Part shown: one piece after another, positions 17,549-26,844 of the stretch
Layout of the letters: the number at the start of each line of letters is the position of its first letter
How positions within the stretch are numbered: position 1 is the stretch's first letter
Assembly (NCBI GenBank): GCA_015257795.3
Contig: CP072208.2
Location: forward strand, 630,001-662,000
DNA length: 32,000 bases
Origin: Candidatus Nanogingivalaceae bacterium
GTDB taxonomy: Bacteria; Patescibacteriota; Saccharimonadia; Saccharimonadales; Saccharimonadaceae
Reading direction: 5' to 3'
Notes under the pieces: model-generated
What the model was told of the DNA's origin: nothing
Database searches by the model: none
What the model saw: the letters and a program-made list of their open reading frames with translations, nothing else
Translations under genes and position numbers: made by a program

Positions 17549-18099
17549 TAAATCTCCTTTGGTGATGGTATTCTTTCAATCACCGCATTCAAAACTTCTT
17601 CAACACCCATTCCTGTTTTGGCTGAAATATGTAAAATCTCGCTTTCATCACACCCTAAAAGATTAATAACTTCTTTCGAAACTCGTGGAATATCTGCAGC
17701 CGGTAGGTCAATTTTATTTAGCACAGGAATGATTTTCAAATCAGCCGCTATCGCAAGATAAACATTTGCGAGTGTTTGAGCTTGAATTCCCTGTGAAGCA
17801 TCTACAACCAAAATCGCACCCTCACAAGCTTGAAGTGAGCGCGAAACTTCATAAGAAAAATCCACGTGTCCTGGGGTATCAATTAAGTTTAGCTCAACAC
17901 CTTTCCAATTCATTGTTACTGGAGCAAGCTTAATAGTGATTCCTTTTTCCCGCTCCAAATCCATCGAATCCAAAAGCTGCGATTTCATGTCACGTTTTTG
18001 AACTGTACCTGTAATCTCCATCATTCGATCAGCTAAAGTTGATTTACCGTGATCAATGTGCGCGATAATACAAAAATTTCTAATATTTTTTAAATCCAT
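17548..18099 (-). CDS. lepA: Elongation factor 4 (LepA) GTPase domain, as a separate ORF
   Basis: G1 [10 protein letters not shown]3 DTPGH, G4 NKID. Ends ...ERIPSPKEI-stop, and the stop overlaps the next ATG (TAATG). Confidence 0.9.
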   Translation of the reverse strand: MDLKNIRNFCIIAHIDHGKSTLADRMMEITGTVQKRDMKSQLLDSMDLEREKGITIKLAPVTMNWKGVELNLIDTPGHVDFSYEVSRSLQACEGAILVVDASQGIQAQTLANVYLAIAADLKIIPVLNKIDLPAADIPRVSKEVINLLGCDESEILHISAKTGMGVEEVLNAVIERIPSPKEI

Positions 18100-18110
18100 A
18101 AACTTTCAAT

Positions 18111-18139
18111 ATTTTAACATATTTATAATAGTTGAGCAA
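18111..18139 (-). promoter_or_regulatory. Promoter TTGCTC-17-(TGt)TAAAAT, 11 nt upstream of the lepA ATG
   Basis: Reverse strand reads TTGCTCaactattataaataTGtTAAAATattgaaagtttATG. Confidence 0.5.
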
Positions 18140-18143
18140 ATTT

Positions 18144-19775
18144 TTATTTAATCTTAATCTGTACAAAGAATATTTTCTTAACTTGCGCAATTATCGGATC
18201 GGCTTCTTTAAGTTTTAATAATTTTGCAGCCAAAACATAAACAGCAGAACTCACGGCTCCGATAAATACGAATTTTGGAAATATCGAGAAGAATCGTAAA
18301 TCTGAGCCCAAAAGAGGCATCTTTGCCACCAAAAGATAACACACAAAACCAGAAAAAGCACTTGCAACGAACATTCGCCCAACCCCTAAAACAAATTGTG
18401 CGTCAAAAAGTCCATCAATTCTTTTGCGCATCAAAAATAGCAAAATTGCAATTTCAAGAACTGCACCAATCGCTTGAGCCCAAGCTAACCCGTAAGCACC
18501 AAACTTAAAAATTAAACTGAAGACTATCGCCAAAGCAATATTTAGACCAATCGCAACTAGTGAGATATAGAATGGCGTTTTCGTATCTTCCATTGCATAA
18601 AAACTCCTTGCTGCAATATGATAAATCGAACGCGCAAAAATTGAAAGAACAAGAACTCCCAAAAGTCCAGCAATTAAATCATCACCACCGTTTTTAATAA
18701 AGCTTACAATGTAGCCACGCAAGAAAAAGAATAAAACCGAAACTGGCAAAGCCAAGAAAATAATCATTCGAAGAGCGGCTTGTAAATCTTTTCGAAAGAG
18801 GTCTTTTCGCCCAATCGCTAATCTTTCAGTTAAATTTGGAAAAAATGCCGTAGAAATCGCAACACCAATTAAGTTTACTGGCATCATTTGAAGGGTTAAG
18901 CTCTGCGAATATGCACGCACCGTTCCCGAACCCATTCGGCTGGCCATATTAGTTTCGACAATTGAATTAACATAATCCAAACCTTGATCCATTGAGCGTG
19001 TTGGCAGTAGTTTCATAACCTGTTGAAAGCCTCTATTTCGCCAAAAAATTCTAAATTGATATTTAAAGTCAACACCAATTAGTCCAATTGCCGCAATCAA
19101 AAGCTGGAGAACAGACCCGAAAGCCACACCAATCGCAACGCCCATGATTCCACCTTCGAAAACCTGAACGCCAAAAATATTTATACCATTCGTAAAAAAT
19201 ACTGTTCCAATAATAATACCAATATTATAAATTGCTGGTGCAAGAGCCGAAAAAGTAAACCTTCCTATAGCTTGTTGAATACTTGTAAGTACCGTCGCAA
19301 TAGCAAAAAGAAAGGGATTGATTGCAATCACGCGCATCATTGAAATTGCCAAAGATCGTGAAGACTCACTTAATCCTGGCCCAACAATATATTTAACTAG
19401 AGGTTCAGCAAAAATAATAATCAAAACTGAGGTTATAAGTGTTAACAGGGCTAATAAATTAAGAACACTCGTGCTTAATTCCCATGCAGATTTTTTATTT
19501 CGATTCGCCATTCGCTGATTAAATACAGGAATAAACGTAACACTTAATGCACCCGAAACCAAAATAAAAAACATAAAATCAGGAATCGTGAATGCGACAG
19601 TATAAGCATCAATTCCATCAGGGTAAGAATCTAGATAATACGAGTTTAGCAACCTGTCACGCAAAAAGCCCAACAAGCTCGACAAAAGAGTCGAGCTCGC
19701 AAGAATGATCGCTGCAAATTTAACCGTTAACCGCGAATTTGCTTTCGAAACAATAGATCGAACTTTAGATTTCAT
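18144..19775 (-). CDS. murJ: Lipid II flippase MurJ (MviN family)
   Basis: 543 aa with about 14 TM segments. The N-terminal LGFLRDRLL...AFTIPDFMFFILVSGALSVTFIPVF pattern is typical of MurJ. Confidence 0.9.
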   Translation of the reverse strand: MKSKVRSIVSKANSRLTVKFAAIILASSTLLSSLLGFLRDRLLNSYYLDSYPDGIDAYTVAFTIPDFMFFILVSGALSVTFIPVFNQRMANRNKKSAWELSTSVLNLLALLTLITSVLIIIFAEPLVKYIVGPGLSESSRSLAISMMRVIAINPFLFAIATVLTSIQQAIGRFTFSALAPAIYNIGIIIGTVFFTNGINIFGVQVFEGGIMGVAIGVAFGSVLQLLIAAIGLIGVDFKYQFRIFWRNRGFQQVMKLLPTRSMDQGLDYVNSIVETNMASRMGSGTVRAYSQSLTLQMMPVNLIGVAISTAFFPNLTERLAIGRKDLFRKDLQAALRMIIFLALPVSVLFFFLRGYIVSFIKNGGDDLIAGLLGVLVLSIFARSIYHIAARSFYAMEDTKTPFYISLVAIGLNIALAIVFSLIFKFGAYGLAWAQAIGAVLEIAILLFLMRKRIDGLFDAQFVLGVGRMFVASAFSGFVCYLLVAKMPLLGSDLRFFSIFPKFVFIGAVSSAVYVLAAKLLKLKEADPIIAQVKKIFFVQIKIK

Positions 19776-19777
19776 AA

Positions 19778-21649
19778 TTAATCGTGAAGTTTTGCTTCCT
19801 TAGGCAATTTAGCATCTTTCAAAATTTCTGCAACCTCTTTTTCGTCTAGAGTTTCTTTTTCAAGAAGCGCATCCGTTAAAGCTTTAAGCGGTTTTTTATT
19901 CGCTTTGAGAACAGCTGCAGCACGTTCAACAGCTTCTTTAATTAACTTAGCGATTTCAGCATCAATTTTTTCTGCTGTTTTTTCAGAATATGGTCGTTCA
20001 CGAGTCATCTTATCAAAAAACATTCCCGAATTTTCCTCATGAAATACTTGGTCAAGCAAATCTTCACCCATTCCAAATTCAATAACCATATTACGTGCGA
20101 TATCTGTTGCATTTCGAAGATCGCTTGAAGCGCCTGTTGAAATTCCAGCCTCGCCATAAATCAACATTTCAGCCTGACGTCCACCCATTGCGCGCGCCAA
20201 GATATCTTTATATTCGAAAATATTTGTATAACTTCGATCTTCTGGCGGCAAGAACCATGTTACACCACCGGTTCCACCACGCGGAATAATCGTAACCTTA
20301 TGAACTGGATCTGAATCTGGTAAAACATGTCCAACAACAGCGTGGCCAGCTTCGTGCCAAGCAGTAGTTTCGCGCTCTAGATCGCTCATTACTTTTGATT
20401 TTCGTTCTGGGCCGATGGCTACTTTTTCGAAAGCTTCCGTAAGATCATCGTTAGTAATAACATCTCGGTTATTTCGAGCTGCCAAAATAGCTGCTTCGTT
20501 CGCAATATTCGCAAGATCGGCACCAGCAGAACCAGCTGTCTTTTTAGCAAGCGCATTTAAATCTACTGAATCATCAACTTTTTTATTCTTGAAATGAACT
20601 TTCAAAATTGCCAAACGATCTTTTCTTTCAGGAAGAGCAATTTCAACACGACGGTCAAATCGACCAGGTCGCAAAAGAGCTGGATCAAGAACATCGGCAC
20701 GGTTTGTTGCTGCAAGAACAATAACACCAGTATCTTTTTCGAAACCGTCCATTTCAACCAAAATTTGGTTCAAAGTCTGTTCGCGCTCATCGTGACCGCC
20801 ACCCATTCCTGAACCACGTTTTCGACCGACAGCGTCAATCTCGTCAATAAAGATAATCGCAGGCGCATTCTTTTTAGCTTTCGAAAATAGATCTCGAACA
20901 CGTGAAGCACCGACACCAACAAACATTTCCATAAATTCTGAACCAGAAATCGAGAAGAAAGGAACTTTAGCTTCACCAGCAACTGCACGAGCAAGCATTG
21001 TTTTACCAGTTCCTGGATTTCCAACCATCAAAACACCACTCGGGATTTTCGCACCCATTTTTTGATATTTTTTAGGATCTTTTAAGAAATCAACAACTTC
21101 GTATAGATCTTGTTTTGCATTCTCATTTCCGGCAATATCTTCAAATTTAATCTTTTTCTTATCATCGCCATAAATTTTTGCTCGAGATTTTCCAAAGTTC
21201 ATAGCTTGCGAATTCTGGCCGTTTGCTGAACGCATCATTAACATCAATAAAGCTACAATCGCAATAATTGGAACGATCATAATTGCCAAATTCCATAAAA
21301 TCTCTGAAGTGTTATCTGCTGGGAAAACATTAACAGTAGTCTTTCCTTTTTCAAGACCTTGTTCATAAATTGTACCAGCTTCTTTTACAGATTTTTCAGT
21401 TGGTTTTTTCTCACCTTTTTTAGTAACTTTTACATCATTTCCTTGAATTTCAATTTTCGAAATTTCGCCCTTATTAGCACGAGCAATCACATCTGAAATC
21501 GGAACATCTTTCAATCTAGCTGAGAAAAAATTCTGGCTAGACCAAAATACGCCTAAAATAATTGCGATAACAATCGCCCAAAAAAAAGTATTTCCCGCCC
21601 GTTTCGCAAAATTATTCTTCTTATTATCTTTCATTCTGTCCTTTCTCAT
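19778..21649 (-). CDS. ftsH: ATP-dependent zinc metalloprotease FtsH
   Basis: Walker A GNPGTGKT, Walker [12 protein letters not shown] region, and Zn site HEAGHAV. The track's start at 21655 is a TTG that abuts the SD. The ATG at 21649 lies 6 nt after GAAGGAG and is the more likely start. Confidence 0.93.
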   Translation of the reverse strand: MRKDRMKDNKKNNFAKRAGNTFFWAIVIAIILGVFWSSQNFFSARLKDVPISDVIARANKGEISKIEIQGNDVKVTKKGEKKPTEKSVKEAGTIYEQGLEKGKTTVNVFPADNTSEILWNLAIMIVPIIAIVALLMLMMRSANGQNSQAMNFGKSRAKIYGDDKKKIKFEDIAGNENAKQDLYEVVDFLKDPKKYQKMGAKIPSGVLMVGNPGTGKTMLARAVAGEAKVPFFSISGSEFMEMFVGVGASRVRDLFSKAKKNAPAIIFIDEIDAVGRKRGSGMGGGHDEREQTLNQILVEMDGFEKDTGVIVLAATNRADVLDPALLRPGRFDRRVEIALPERKDRLAILKVHFKNKKVDDSVDLNALAKKTAGSAGADLANIANEAAILAARNNRDVITNDDLTEAFEKVAIGPERKSKVMSDLERETTAWHEAGHAVVGHVLPDSDPVHKVTIIPRGGTGGVTWFLPPEDRSYTNIFEYKDILARAMGGRQAEMLIYGEAGISTGASSDLRNATDIARNMVIEFGMGEDLLDQVFHEENSGMFFDKMTRERPYSEKTAEKIDAEIAKLIKEAVERAAAVLKANKKPLKALTDALLEKETLDEKEVAEILKDAKLPKEAKLHD

Positions 21650-21716
21650 ATTCAACTCCTTCTATTTTAGCAAATTTTTAAAGCATTTTCAAATGAAATG
21701 ATTTTTCTATTTCACT

Positions 21717-22592
21717 TTAAAAGAATTCAAACTCATCTCTATAAAACTTAACTTCTCGCCCGCTCAAAATTTGAGTTTTTGAGCCATTTTTAAAAGTTCG
21801 AATCGCTTGCAAAAAATTCGCGATTTGTTTCGAGAGCGGAATTTTGCCAGATTGAATTCGCATAATCTCACGCAAAATTTCTACACAAACTTCATCGGAA
21901 TTATTTCGAAAAAAATTTCGCTCAAATTTTCTTCCATCACCAATTTTCGATAAAATATCGTTAGTAATTTCTTCAATTTCACGCTTAATTTTAATCTGTT
22001 TTTGCCAAATATCAAAGATTTTATTCAAGTTTTCTTCACTAAAATTTATTTTTTTACGAATTCGATTGCGTGCATATTTTTCACTTAAATTTGTCGAATC
22101 TTCACACCATTTCAAACCTTTTTCTTGCGCTTTGTTAAGAATTTCCGCTTTCGAAAACTTTAAAAACGGCCGCTTAATATTTGGTGAATCAAAACAGGCA
22201 ATCGCTCGCCAACCTCCGCCACGATTTAAGTTCAGAACAAAAGTTTCGGCCAAATCATTCTTGTGATGTGCTGTAAAAATTTCAGCATTCTCTCTTTTAG
22301 CCAGCGCCCTCAAAAAATCGTATCTTGCTTTTCTTGCTTTTTCTTCACTAGCATTTTCTCCAAGAAAACCTCTTTCAAACTCAAATCTCAAGTTATTTTT
22401 GTTCGCAAACTTTCGCACAAAATCAAAATCTCGCATGCTTTCTTCGCCACGAATTCCATGCTCAAAATGTGCAATTATTAAATTATCCTCAACCCACTTC
22501 AAGCCATTCTTTTGTTTAAAAAAATCAATCAAAAAATCCGCCAAAACAATCGAATCAACCCCGCCAGAAACCGCCACAAGAATTTTTTTCAT
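21717..22592 (-). CDS. tilS: tRNA(Ile)-lysidine synthase TilS (short form)
   Basis: PP-loop VAVSGGVDS, and the conserved tilS-ftsH neighbourhood. Confidence 0.85.
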   Translation of the reverse strand: MKKILVAVSGGVDSIVLADFLIDFFKQKNGLKWVEDNLIIAHFEHGIRGEESMRDFDFVRKFANKNNLRFEFERGFLGENASEEKARKARYDFLRALAKRENAEIFTAHHKNDLAETFVLNLNRGGGWRAIACFDSPNIKRPFLKFSKAEILNKAQEKGLKWCEDSTNLSEKYARNRIRKKINFSEENLNKIFDIWQKQIKIKREIEEITNDILSKIGDGRKFERNFFRNNSDEVCVEILREIMRIQSGKIPLSKQIANFLQAIRTFKNGSKTQILSGREVKFYRDEFEFF

Positions 22593-22598
22593 ACACTT

Positions 22599-22607
22599 AT
22601 TCTACCA
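22599..22607 (-). promoter_or_regulatory. Extended -10 box TGgTAGAAT, 6 nt upstream of the tilS ATG
   Basis: Reverse strand reads TATGGTAGAATaagtgtATG. Confidence 0.45.
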
Positions 22608-22610
22608 TAC

Positions 22611-22639
22611 TTGCGTTTTTAAATCGATTATGTTAAAAT
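22611..22639 (+). promoter_or_regulatory. Promoter TTGCGT-17-(TGt)TAAAAT, 7 nt upstream of the ATG at 22647
   Basis: TTGCGTttttaaatcgattaTGtTAAAATttatacaATG. This promoter is divergent from the tilS promoter within a 54-bp spacer. Confidence 0.5.
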
Positions 22640-22646
22640 TTATACA

Positions 22647-23921
22647 ATGAAAAATGGTGGGAACAGTTCGAAAATTAAAGAAGTAAAATTCGAAAAAACG
22701 ATAAAATTTACAGCTGAAAGCATTATTGAAAATGCCTTAAATTTGCACGCAACCGATGTTCATATTGAGCCTCGCGAAAATTCAGTTTTGGTGCGTTTTC
22801 GAATTGGTGGTGTCCTAAAAAATATGAGCGAAATCCCAAAAAAAGATTTTCCAAAAATAACTAAATATTTCAAGTCCTTAGCTGGTCTTAATTTTAGCGA
22901 GAAAACTTTTCCACAATCATCGACAATTCATTACGGAGAAGCTCGAATTCGAATTTCGACAACACCAGTTTTTTTGGGTGAAAAAATCACTCTCCGTTTA
23001 ATGCGTGCGCGAAAATACGTTCGAAAACTTAACGAAATTGGGCTTTGGGGTGAAAATCTTCGTGCCGTAGAGCAAATTCTTCGCCAACCACGAGGTATTG
23101 TTTTTACTGTTGGCGATGGAAGCAATACAACAAACTTCTCAATTTTAAACGAATTAAATTCCTCTGAAAAGAATATTGTAACAATCGAAAAAACAATCGA
23201 AAAAACAATTACCGGAATCAACCAAACCGAAATTAACCCTAAAATTGGCTTAGGTTATTTCGAAATGACCAAATCCGCCCTAAGCCAGAATCCAGATATT
23301 ATATATATCGATAACCTAAACGATAGAAAAACAGCCGAACTTATTTTCGATTCTGCAATGCGCGGAAAATTCATCATCGCTAGCGTTCCTGTTCGTAAAA
23401 CTAGCGAGGTTATTCCGTTTTTAAATCACCTCGGAATTGAACCGTTCCTAATTATTGCGAATGTTCTTGGGATTATTTCACAAACACTAATGCGAACCAT
23501 TTCTAAAAAATCTACCACTAATGTAAAAATCTCAAAAGAAGAGTCATCATTAATCTTGCAAGAATTTAATATTTCTCCACTTCGAATTCACCAACTCGAA
23601 AAAGATTTCAAGAATGAGAAATACCCAAATAATAGTCTCGCAACTTCGTCAAATTCAATTCTTAATCTCCCATCAATTAAGAAAAACATCTCGCCCGAGA
23701 TTGCTTTTTCTGGAACAACTGGAATTTTCGAAGTTCTAAGTTTACTCGAAGGTAAAATTTCAAAAGAAATTAAAGAGTTAATCCCCGTAAATCCAAGTTC
23801 TGTTGAAATTGAAGAGATTCTTTCTATAAATAATTTTGTCAATTTACGAACTGATGGCCTTCTAAAAGTTCTTCAAAAAGAAACCGTTCTATCTGAATTG
23901 ATGCGTAGAACTGGATTTTAG
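22647..23921 (+). CDS. GspE/PilB/PilT-superfamily protein with degenerate catalytic motifs (probable pseudo-ATPase)
   Basis: The family N-domain is conserved (ATDVHIEPRENSVLVRFRIGGVL...ARIRISTTPVFLGEKITLRLM). The four catalytic boxes are not: Walker A reads TVGDGSNTT (no Lys), Asp box TIEKTIE, Walker B NPDIIYIDNLND (no Glu), His box GKFIIASVPVR (no His). Confidence 0.8.
   Translation: MKNGGNSSKIKEVKFEKTIKFTAESIIENALNLHATDVHIEPRENSVLVRFRIGGVLKNMSEIPKKDFPKITKYFKSLAGLNFSEKTFPQSSTIHYGEARIRISTTPVFLGEKITLRLMRARKYVRKLNEIGLWGENLRAVEQILRQPRGIVFTVGDGSNTTNFSILNELNSSEKNIVTIEKTIEKTITGINQTEINPKIGLGYFEMTKSALSQNPDIIYIDNLNDRKTAELIFDSAMRGKFIIASVPVRKTSEVIPFLNHLGIEPFLIIANVLGIISQTLMRTISKKSTTNVKISKEESSLILQEFNISPLRIHQLEKDFKNEKYPNNSLATSSNSILNLPSIKKNISPEIAFSGTTGIFEVLSLLEGKISKEIKELIPVNPSSVEIEEILSINNFVNLRTDGLLKVLQKETVLSELMRRTGF
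23181..23209 (+). repeat. 12-bp tandem duplication (ACAATCGAAAAA x2 plus 5 nt) encoding TIEKTIEKTI
   Basis: Read directly from the sequence. It lies at the position of the Asp box in the GspE-like gene. Confidence 0.9.
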
Positions 23922-23931
23922 ACAATAAATC

Positions 23932-23940
23932 TGATAAAAT
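23932..23940 (+). promoter_or_regulatory. Extended -10 box TGaTAAAAT, 8 nt upstream of the ATG at 23949
   Basis: cTGaTAAAATtataaattATG. Confidence 0.4.
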
Positions 23941-23948
23941 TATAAATT

Positions 23949-24506
23949 ATGTTAATCCTAGCTTCGAATTTATCTAATACTCCAGTGATGAGCCTACAAA
24001 CCGGTTCCCAGCTTGCAAGAACAGGTAGAGCAATCATCGACCCTTCGAATCTTCAAATTTTAGCCTACGAGCTAAAAGCGAATACTTTTTTAAATCAAGA
24101 AATGTTGGTTCGCATTGCTGATATCCGTGAGCTCTCAAGAGTTGGTTTTATTGTTGATTCTGGCGAAGATTTTATTCTGCCAAATGATGTATTTAAAATT
24201 AAAGGAATTCTTGATCTAAATTTTAATCTATTAGATTTAAGAGTTGAAGATGAGAAGAAACATAAAATTGGTAAGATTATTGATTACACAATTAGCCTTT
24301 CGAATTTTTCTGTTCAACAATTAATCGTTAAACGTCCATTCATAAAATCTTTTAGCGATCCAACACTTACAATCCACCGCTCGCAAATTATTGAAATTAA
24401 CGATAATAAAATCGTAATTCAGAGCGAAGAAGAATCTGTTCCGCAAAAAAGCGCCGAAAAAACTGAGAATTTTGTTCCAAATTACGTTAATCCATTTCGA
24501 GATTAA
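23949..24506 (+). CDS. Tandem PRC-barrel-like protein
   Basis: Two segments match the PRC-barrel pattern: TPVMSLQTGSQLARTGRAIIDPSNLQILAYEL and DLRVEDEKKHKIGKIIDYTISLSNFSVQQLIV. Assignment is by motif recall only. Confidence 0.55.
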   Translation: MLILASNLSNTPVMSLQTGSQLARTGRAIIDPSNLQILAYELKANTFLNQEMLVRIADIRELSRVGFIVDSGEDFILPNDVFKIKGILDLNFNLLDLRVEDEKKHKIGKIIDYTISLSNFSVQQLIVKRPFIKSFSDPTLTIHRSQIIEINDNKIVIQSEEESVPQKSAEKTENFVPNYVNPFRD

Positions 24507-25246
24507 AATTCATCTTTAGAAAGTGCCCTCTTAATTTCGTCATACGAAAACCCTTGTCGTGCTAAATATGCGACAAGTTTTTTTTCGTCAGCGTATTTTT
24601 TGGCTTTTTTTGCAATTATTTTTTGAATTTCTTCCGAATCATTACGCTTTGAACTTGCTAAAATTTGTTCGATAATTTCGTCTGAAACACCTTTCGAAAA
24701 TAATTCAGATTTTAATTTTTTAATTGAACTTCCTTTTCTTTGATTTCGATTTTCAATCCAAAATTTTGCAAATTTAAAATCATCAACATAGCCTTTCTCA
24801 ATCAATCTTTGCAAAGCTTGTTCTGCTGAAACTTTTGAAACTCCTTTTTTCTCATAAAATTCACCCGTTTTTTTATTTCGAAGCTTTCGATTTAGCGTTT
24901 TTTTCCACAGATAATCACTAATTTCCTTTTCAGAATGTGGCCGCATCAAACAATAATTAAGCCCAAGAGCATATAATTTTCCAAATTCACTCTGTTGTTC
25001 GAGATTTAAAATTTCATCTTCTGAAAATTTTGCACCAATTTTAACATTTAGTTGAGTTAATTGAAAAATATCCAAAGAAAAACGATATTTTCCATTTACA
25101 AAAATATTAGCACGATTTGGATTTTTAACTGCTTGTTTTATATCTGTAATCGTGAAATGGCCATCTTTAAAAATATCTTCTTTTCGAAAACTTTTTTTTG
25201 CAACTTTTTCTTTAAAATCATTTTGATCGAAAATATCTAAAGCCAT
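24503..25246 (-). CDS. recX: RecA regulator RecX (long, Firmicute-like form)
   Basis: Immediately downstream of recA, with repeated three-helix motifs: ALNYCLMRPHSEKEISDYLWKK, RLIEKGYVDDFKFAKFWIENR, YLARQGFSYDEIKRAL. Confidence 0.8.
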   Translation of the reverse strand: MALDIFDQNDFKEKVAKKSFRKEDIFKDGHFTITDIKQAVKNPNRANIFVNGKYRFSLDIFQLTQLNVKIGAKFSEDEILNLEQQSEFGKLYALGLNYCLMRPHSEKEISDYLWKKTLNRKLRNKKTGEFYEKKGVSKVSAEQALQRLIEKGYVDDFKFAKFWIENRNQRKGSSIKKLKSELFSKGVSDEIIEQILASSKRNDSEEIQKIIAKKAKKYADEKKLVAYLARQGFSYDEIKRALSKDEF

Positions 25247-25258
25247 AATTAAAAGTAT

Positions 25259-25284
25259 AATTAGCCCGAATTTTCAGGCTAATT
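25259..25284 (-). terminator. Hairpin between recA and recX (possible attenuator)
   Basis: 8-bp stem AATTAGCC/GGCTAATT with a 10-nt loop, in the 41-bp recA-recX spacer. The trailing T-run is weak. Confidence 0.45.
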
Positions 25285-25287
25285 ATA

Positions 25288-26352
25288 TTATTTTTCTTCT
25301 TTTTCCTCATTATCAGAAGATTCTTCAGCAATTTCCTCTCCACGAATTTTTGCACGAACTTTTTTCTCAATTTCAGCCATAACTTCTGGATTTTCAAGCA
25401 AGTATCGTTTAGCGTTTTCACGACCTTGACCAATATTTTGGTCGTTATATTTGTAAAACGCACCTGATTTTCCAAGAATTTCATGTTCAACTGCTAGATC
25501 TAGAATATCACCCGTTTTCGAAATACCTTCATTATACATAATGTCAAATTCAGCAATTCTAAACGGCGCTGCAATCTTATTTTTAACGATTTTAACCTTT
25601 GTACGGTTACCAATTACATCGTCGCCACTTTTAATTTGTGCAGTTCGACGGATATCGGCACGCACTGACGCATAAAATTTAAGCGCATTACCACCAGTTG
25701 TAGTTTCAGGATTGCCAAACATCACACCAATTTTCATTCGAATTTGGTTAATGAAAATCACAGTCGCTTTTGATTTATTAATAATTCCGGTAAGTTTTCG
25801 AAGCGCTTGCGACATTAATCGAGCCTGAAGACCCATATGCGCATCACCCATGTCGCCATCGATTTCAGCTTGTGGAACTAACGCTGCAACAGAGTCAACA
25901 ACAATCAAATCAACAGCATTTGAACGCACTAGAGTTTCAGTAATTTCAAGAGCCTGCTCGCCATTGTCGGGCTGCGCAACAAGCAAATTCTCAGTATCAA
26001 CGCCGAGTTTCTTTGCGTAAGCTGGGTCAAGTGCATGTTCCGCGTCAATGAAAGCTGCAGTTCCACCTTGCTTTTGAATTTCAGCAATCGCATGAAGTGT
26101 TAGAGTAGTTTTTCCTGAACTTTCTGGTCCATAAATTTCAATGATTCGTCCTTTTGGATAACCACCACCAAGCGCAATATCTAAACTTAAGCATCCCGAA
26201 GGAAGAAGCTCAACATCAACCTTATGATTTTCACCAAGTTTCATAATTGAACCGTCACCAAATTGTTTCGAAATTTGAGCAATTGCTAAATCTAATGCTT
26301 GTTTTTTGCCGCTTTCGGCCATTCCCATATCTGTTTTCTTCGCCTTAGCCAT
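25288..26352 (-). CDS. recA: Recombinase RecA
   Basis: Walker [27 protein letters not shown], and L2-loop region [32 protein letters not shown]. Confidence 0.97.
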   Translation of the reverse strand: MAKAKKTDMGMAESGKKQALDLAIAQISKQFGDGSIMKLGENHKVDVELLPSGCLSLDIALGGGYPKGRIIEIYGPESSGKTTLTLHAIAEIQKQGGTAAFIDAEHALDPAYAKKLGVDTENLLVAQPDNGEQALEITETLVRSNAVDLIVVDSVAALVPQAEIDGDMGDAHMGLQARLMSQALRKLTGIINKSKATVIFINQIRMKIGVMFGNPETTTGGNALKFYASVRADIRRTAQIKSGDDVIGNRTKVKIVKNKIAAPFRIAEFDIMYNEGISKTGDILDLAVEHEILGKSGAFYKYNDQNIGQGRENAKRYLLENPEVMAEIEKKVRAKIRGEEIAEESSDNEEKEEK

Positions 26353-26380
26353 AAATAATTCTCCTTAAAATAATATCTTT

Positions 26381-26409
26381 ATTTTAACACTTTTCAATAA
26401 AACGTTCAA
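26381..26409 (-). promoter_or_regulatory. recA promoter TTGAAC-17-(TGt)TAAAAT, with a ~28-nt SD-containing leader
   Basis: Reverse strand reads TTGAACgttttattgaaaagTGtTAAAATaaagatattattttAAGGAGaattatttATG. Confidence 0.5.
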
Positions 26410-26435
26410 GGTTATTTTTATATTTATCTTTAATA

Positions 26436-26444
26436 TGCTATAAT
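26436..26444 (+). promoter_or_regulatory. Extended -10 box TGcTATAAT, 6 nt upstream of the pilin ATG
   Basis: TATGCTATAATaaaagcATG. Confidence 0.5.
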
Positions 26445-26450
26445 AAAAGC

Positions 26451-26840
26451 ATGAAGAGAAAATCTGGTTTTACACTTATCGAGATTTGTGTTGTAATTAT
26501 TTTTTTAATTGCGGCGGGTATAATTCTTACTATCCAGCGTTTCGAACTTTTATCAGTTCAACGCGATCAAACTCGTAAGCTAGCAATTAATGAAATTTAT
26601 TATAATCTCGAGGAAGTCTATTACAAGAAAAACGGTTTCTATCCTGAAAAACTTGATGAAAATGCCGTCAAAGGAATTGACCCAAACCTATTAACAGACC
26701 CCTTCGGAATCCTAATTAACGAAGAAAAGAGTGACTACCGTTATGAGCCAACAAGTTGCGAAAACGGAAAATGCAAAAAATTCTCTCTTCGTACAAAATT
26801 AGAAAAAGAAAGCGATTTCGTAAGGCGTTCGAAAAACTAA
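26451..26840 (+). CDS. Type IV prepilin / competence-type pseudopilin
   Basis: Class III signal MKRKSG|FTLIEICVVIIFLIAAGIIL (Gly-1, Phe+1, Glu+5). C-terminal Cys pair CENGKC. 129 aa. Confidence 0.8.
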   Translation: MKRKSGFTLIEICVVIIFLIAAGIILTIQRFELLSVQRDQTRKLAINEIYYNLEEVYYKKNGFYPEKLDENAVKGIDPNLLTDPFGILINEEKSDYRYEPTSCENGKCKKFSLRTKLEKESDFVRRSKN

Positions 26841-26844
26841 TTAT

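Noticed and set aside
17546-17550. Stop-codon reassignment (for example the code-25 type seen in some CPR lineages) as an explanation for the lepA interruption.
   Set aside because: The interrupting codon is TAA, not TGA. TGA, TAA and TAG all terminate well-supported genes in this window. The downstream part is in a different frame, so read-through would not restore LepA.
25218-25490. 90-aa minus-strand ORF spanning the recA 3' end and the recX start.
   Set aside because: It is out of frame with recA over most of its length and runs through the recA-recX hairpin. Both recA and recX are strongly supported.
26353-26410. LexA/Cheo-type SOS box upstream of recA (GAACGTTT...).
   Set aside because: There is no inverted GTTC partner at the right spacing. 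The GAAC belongs to the putative -35 hexamer TTGAAC.
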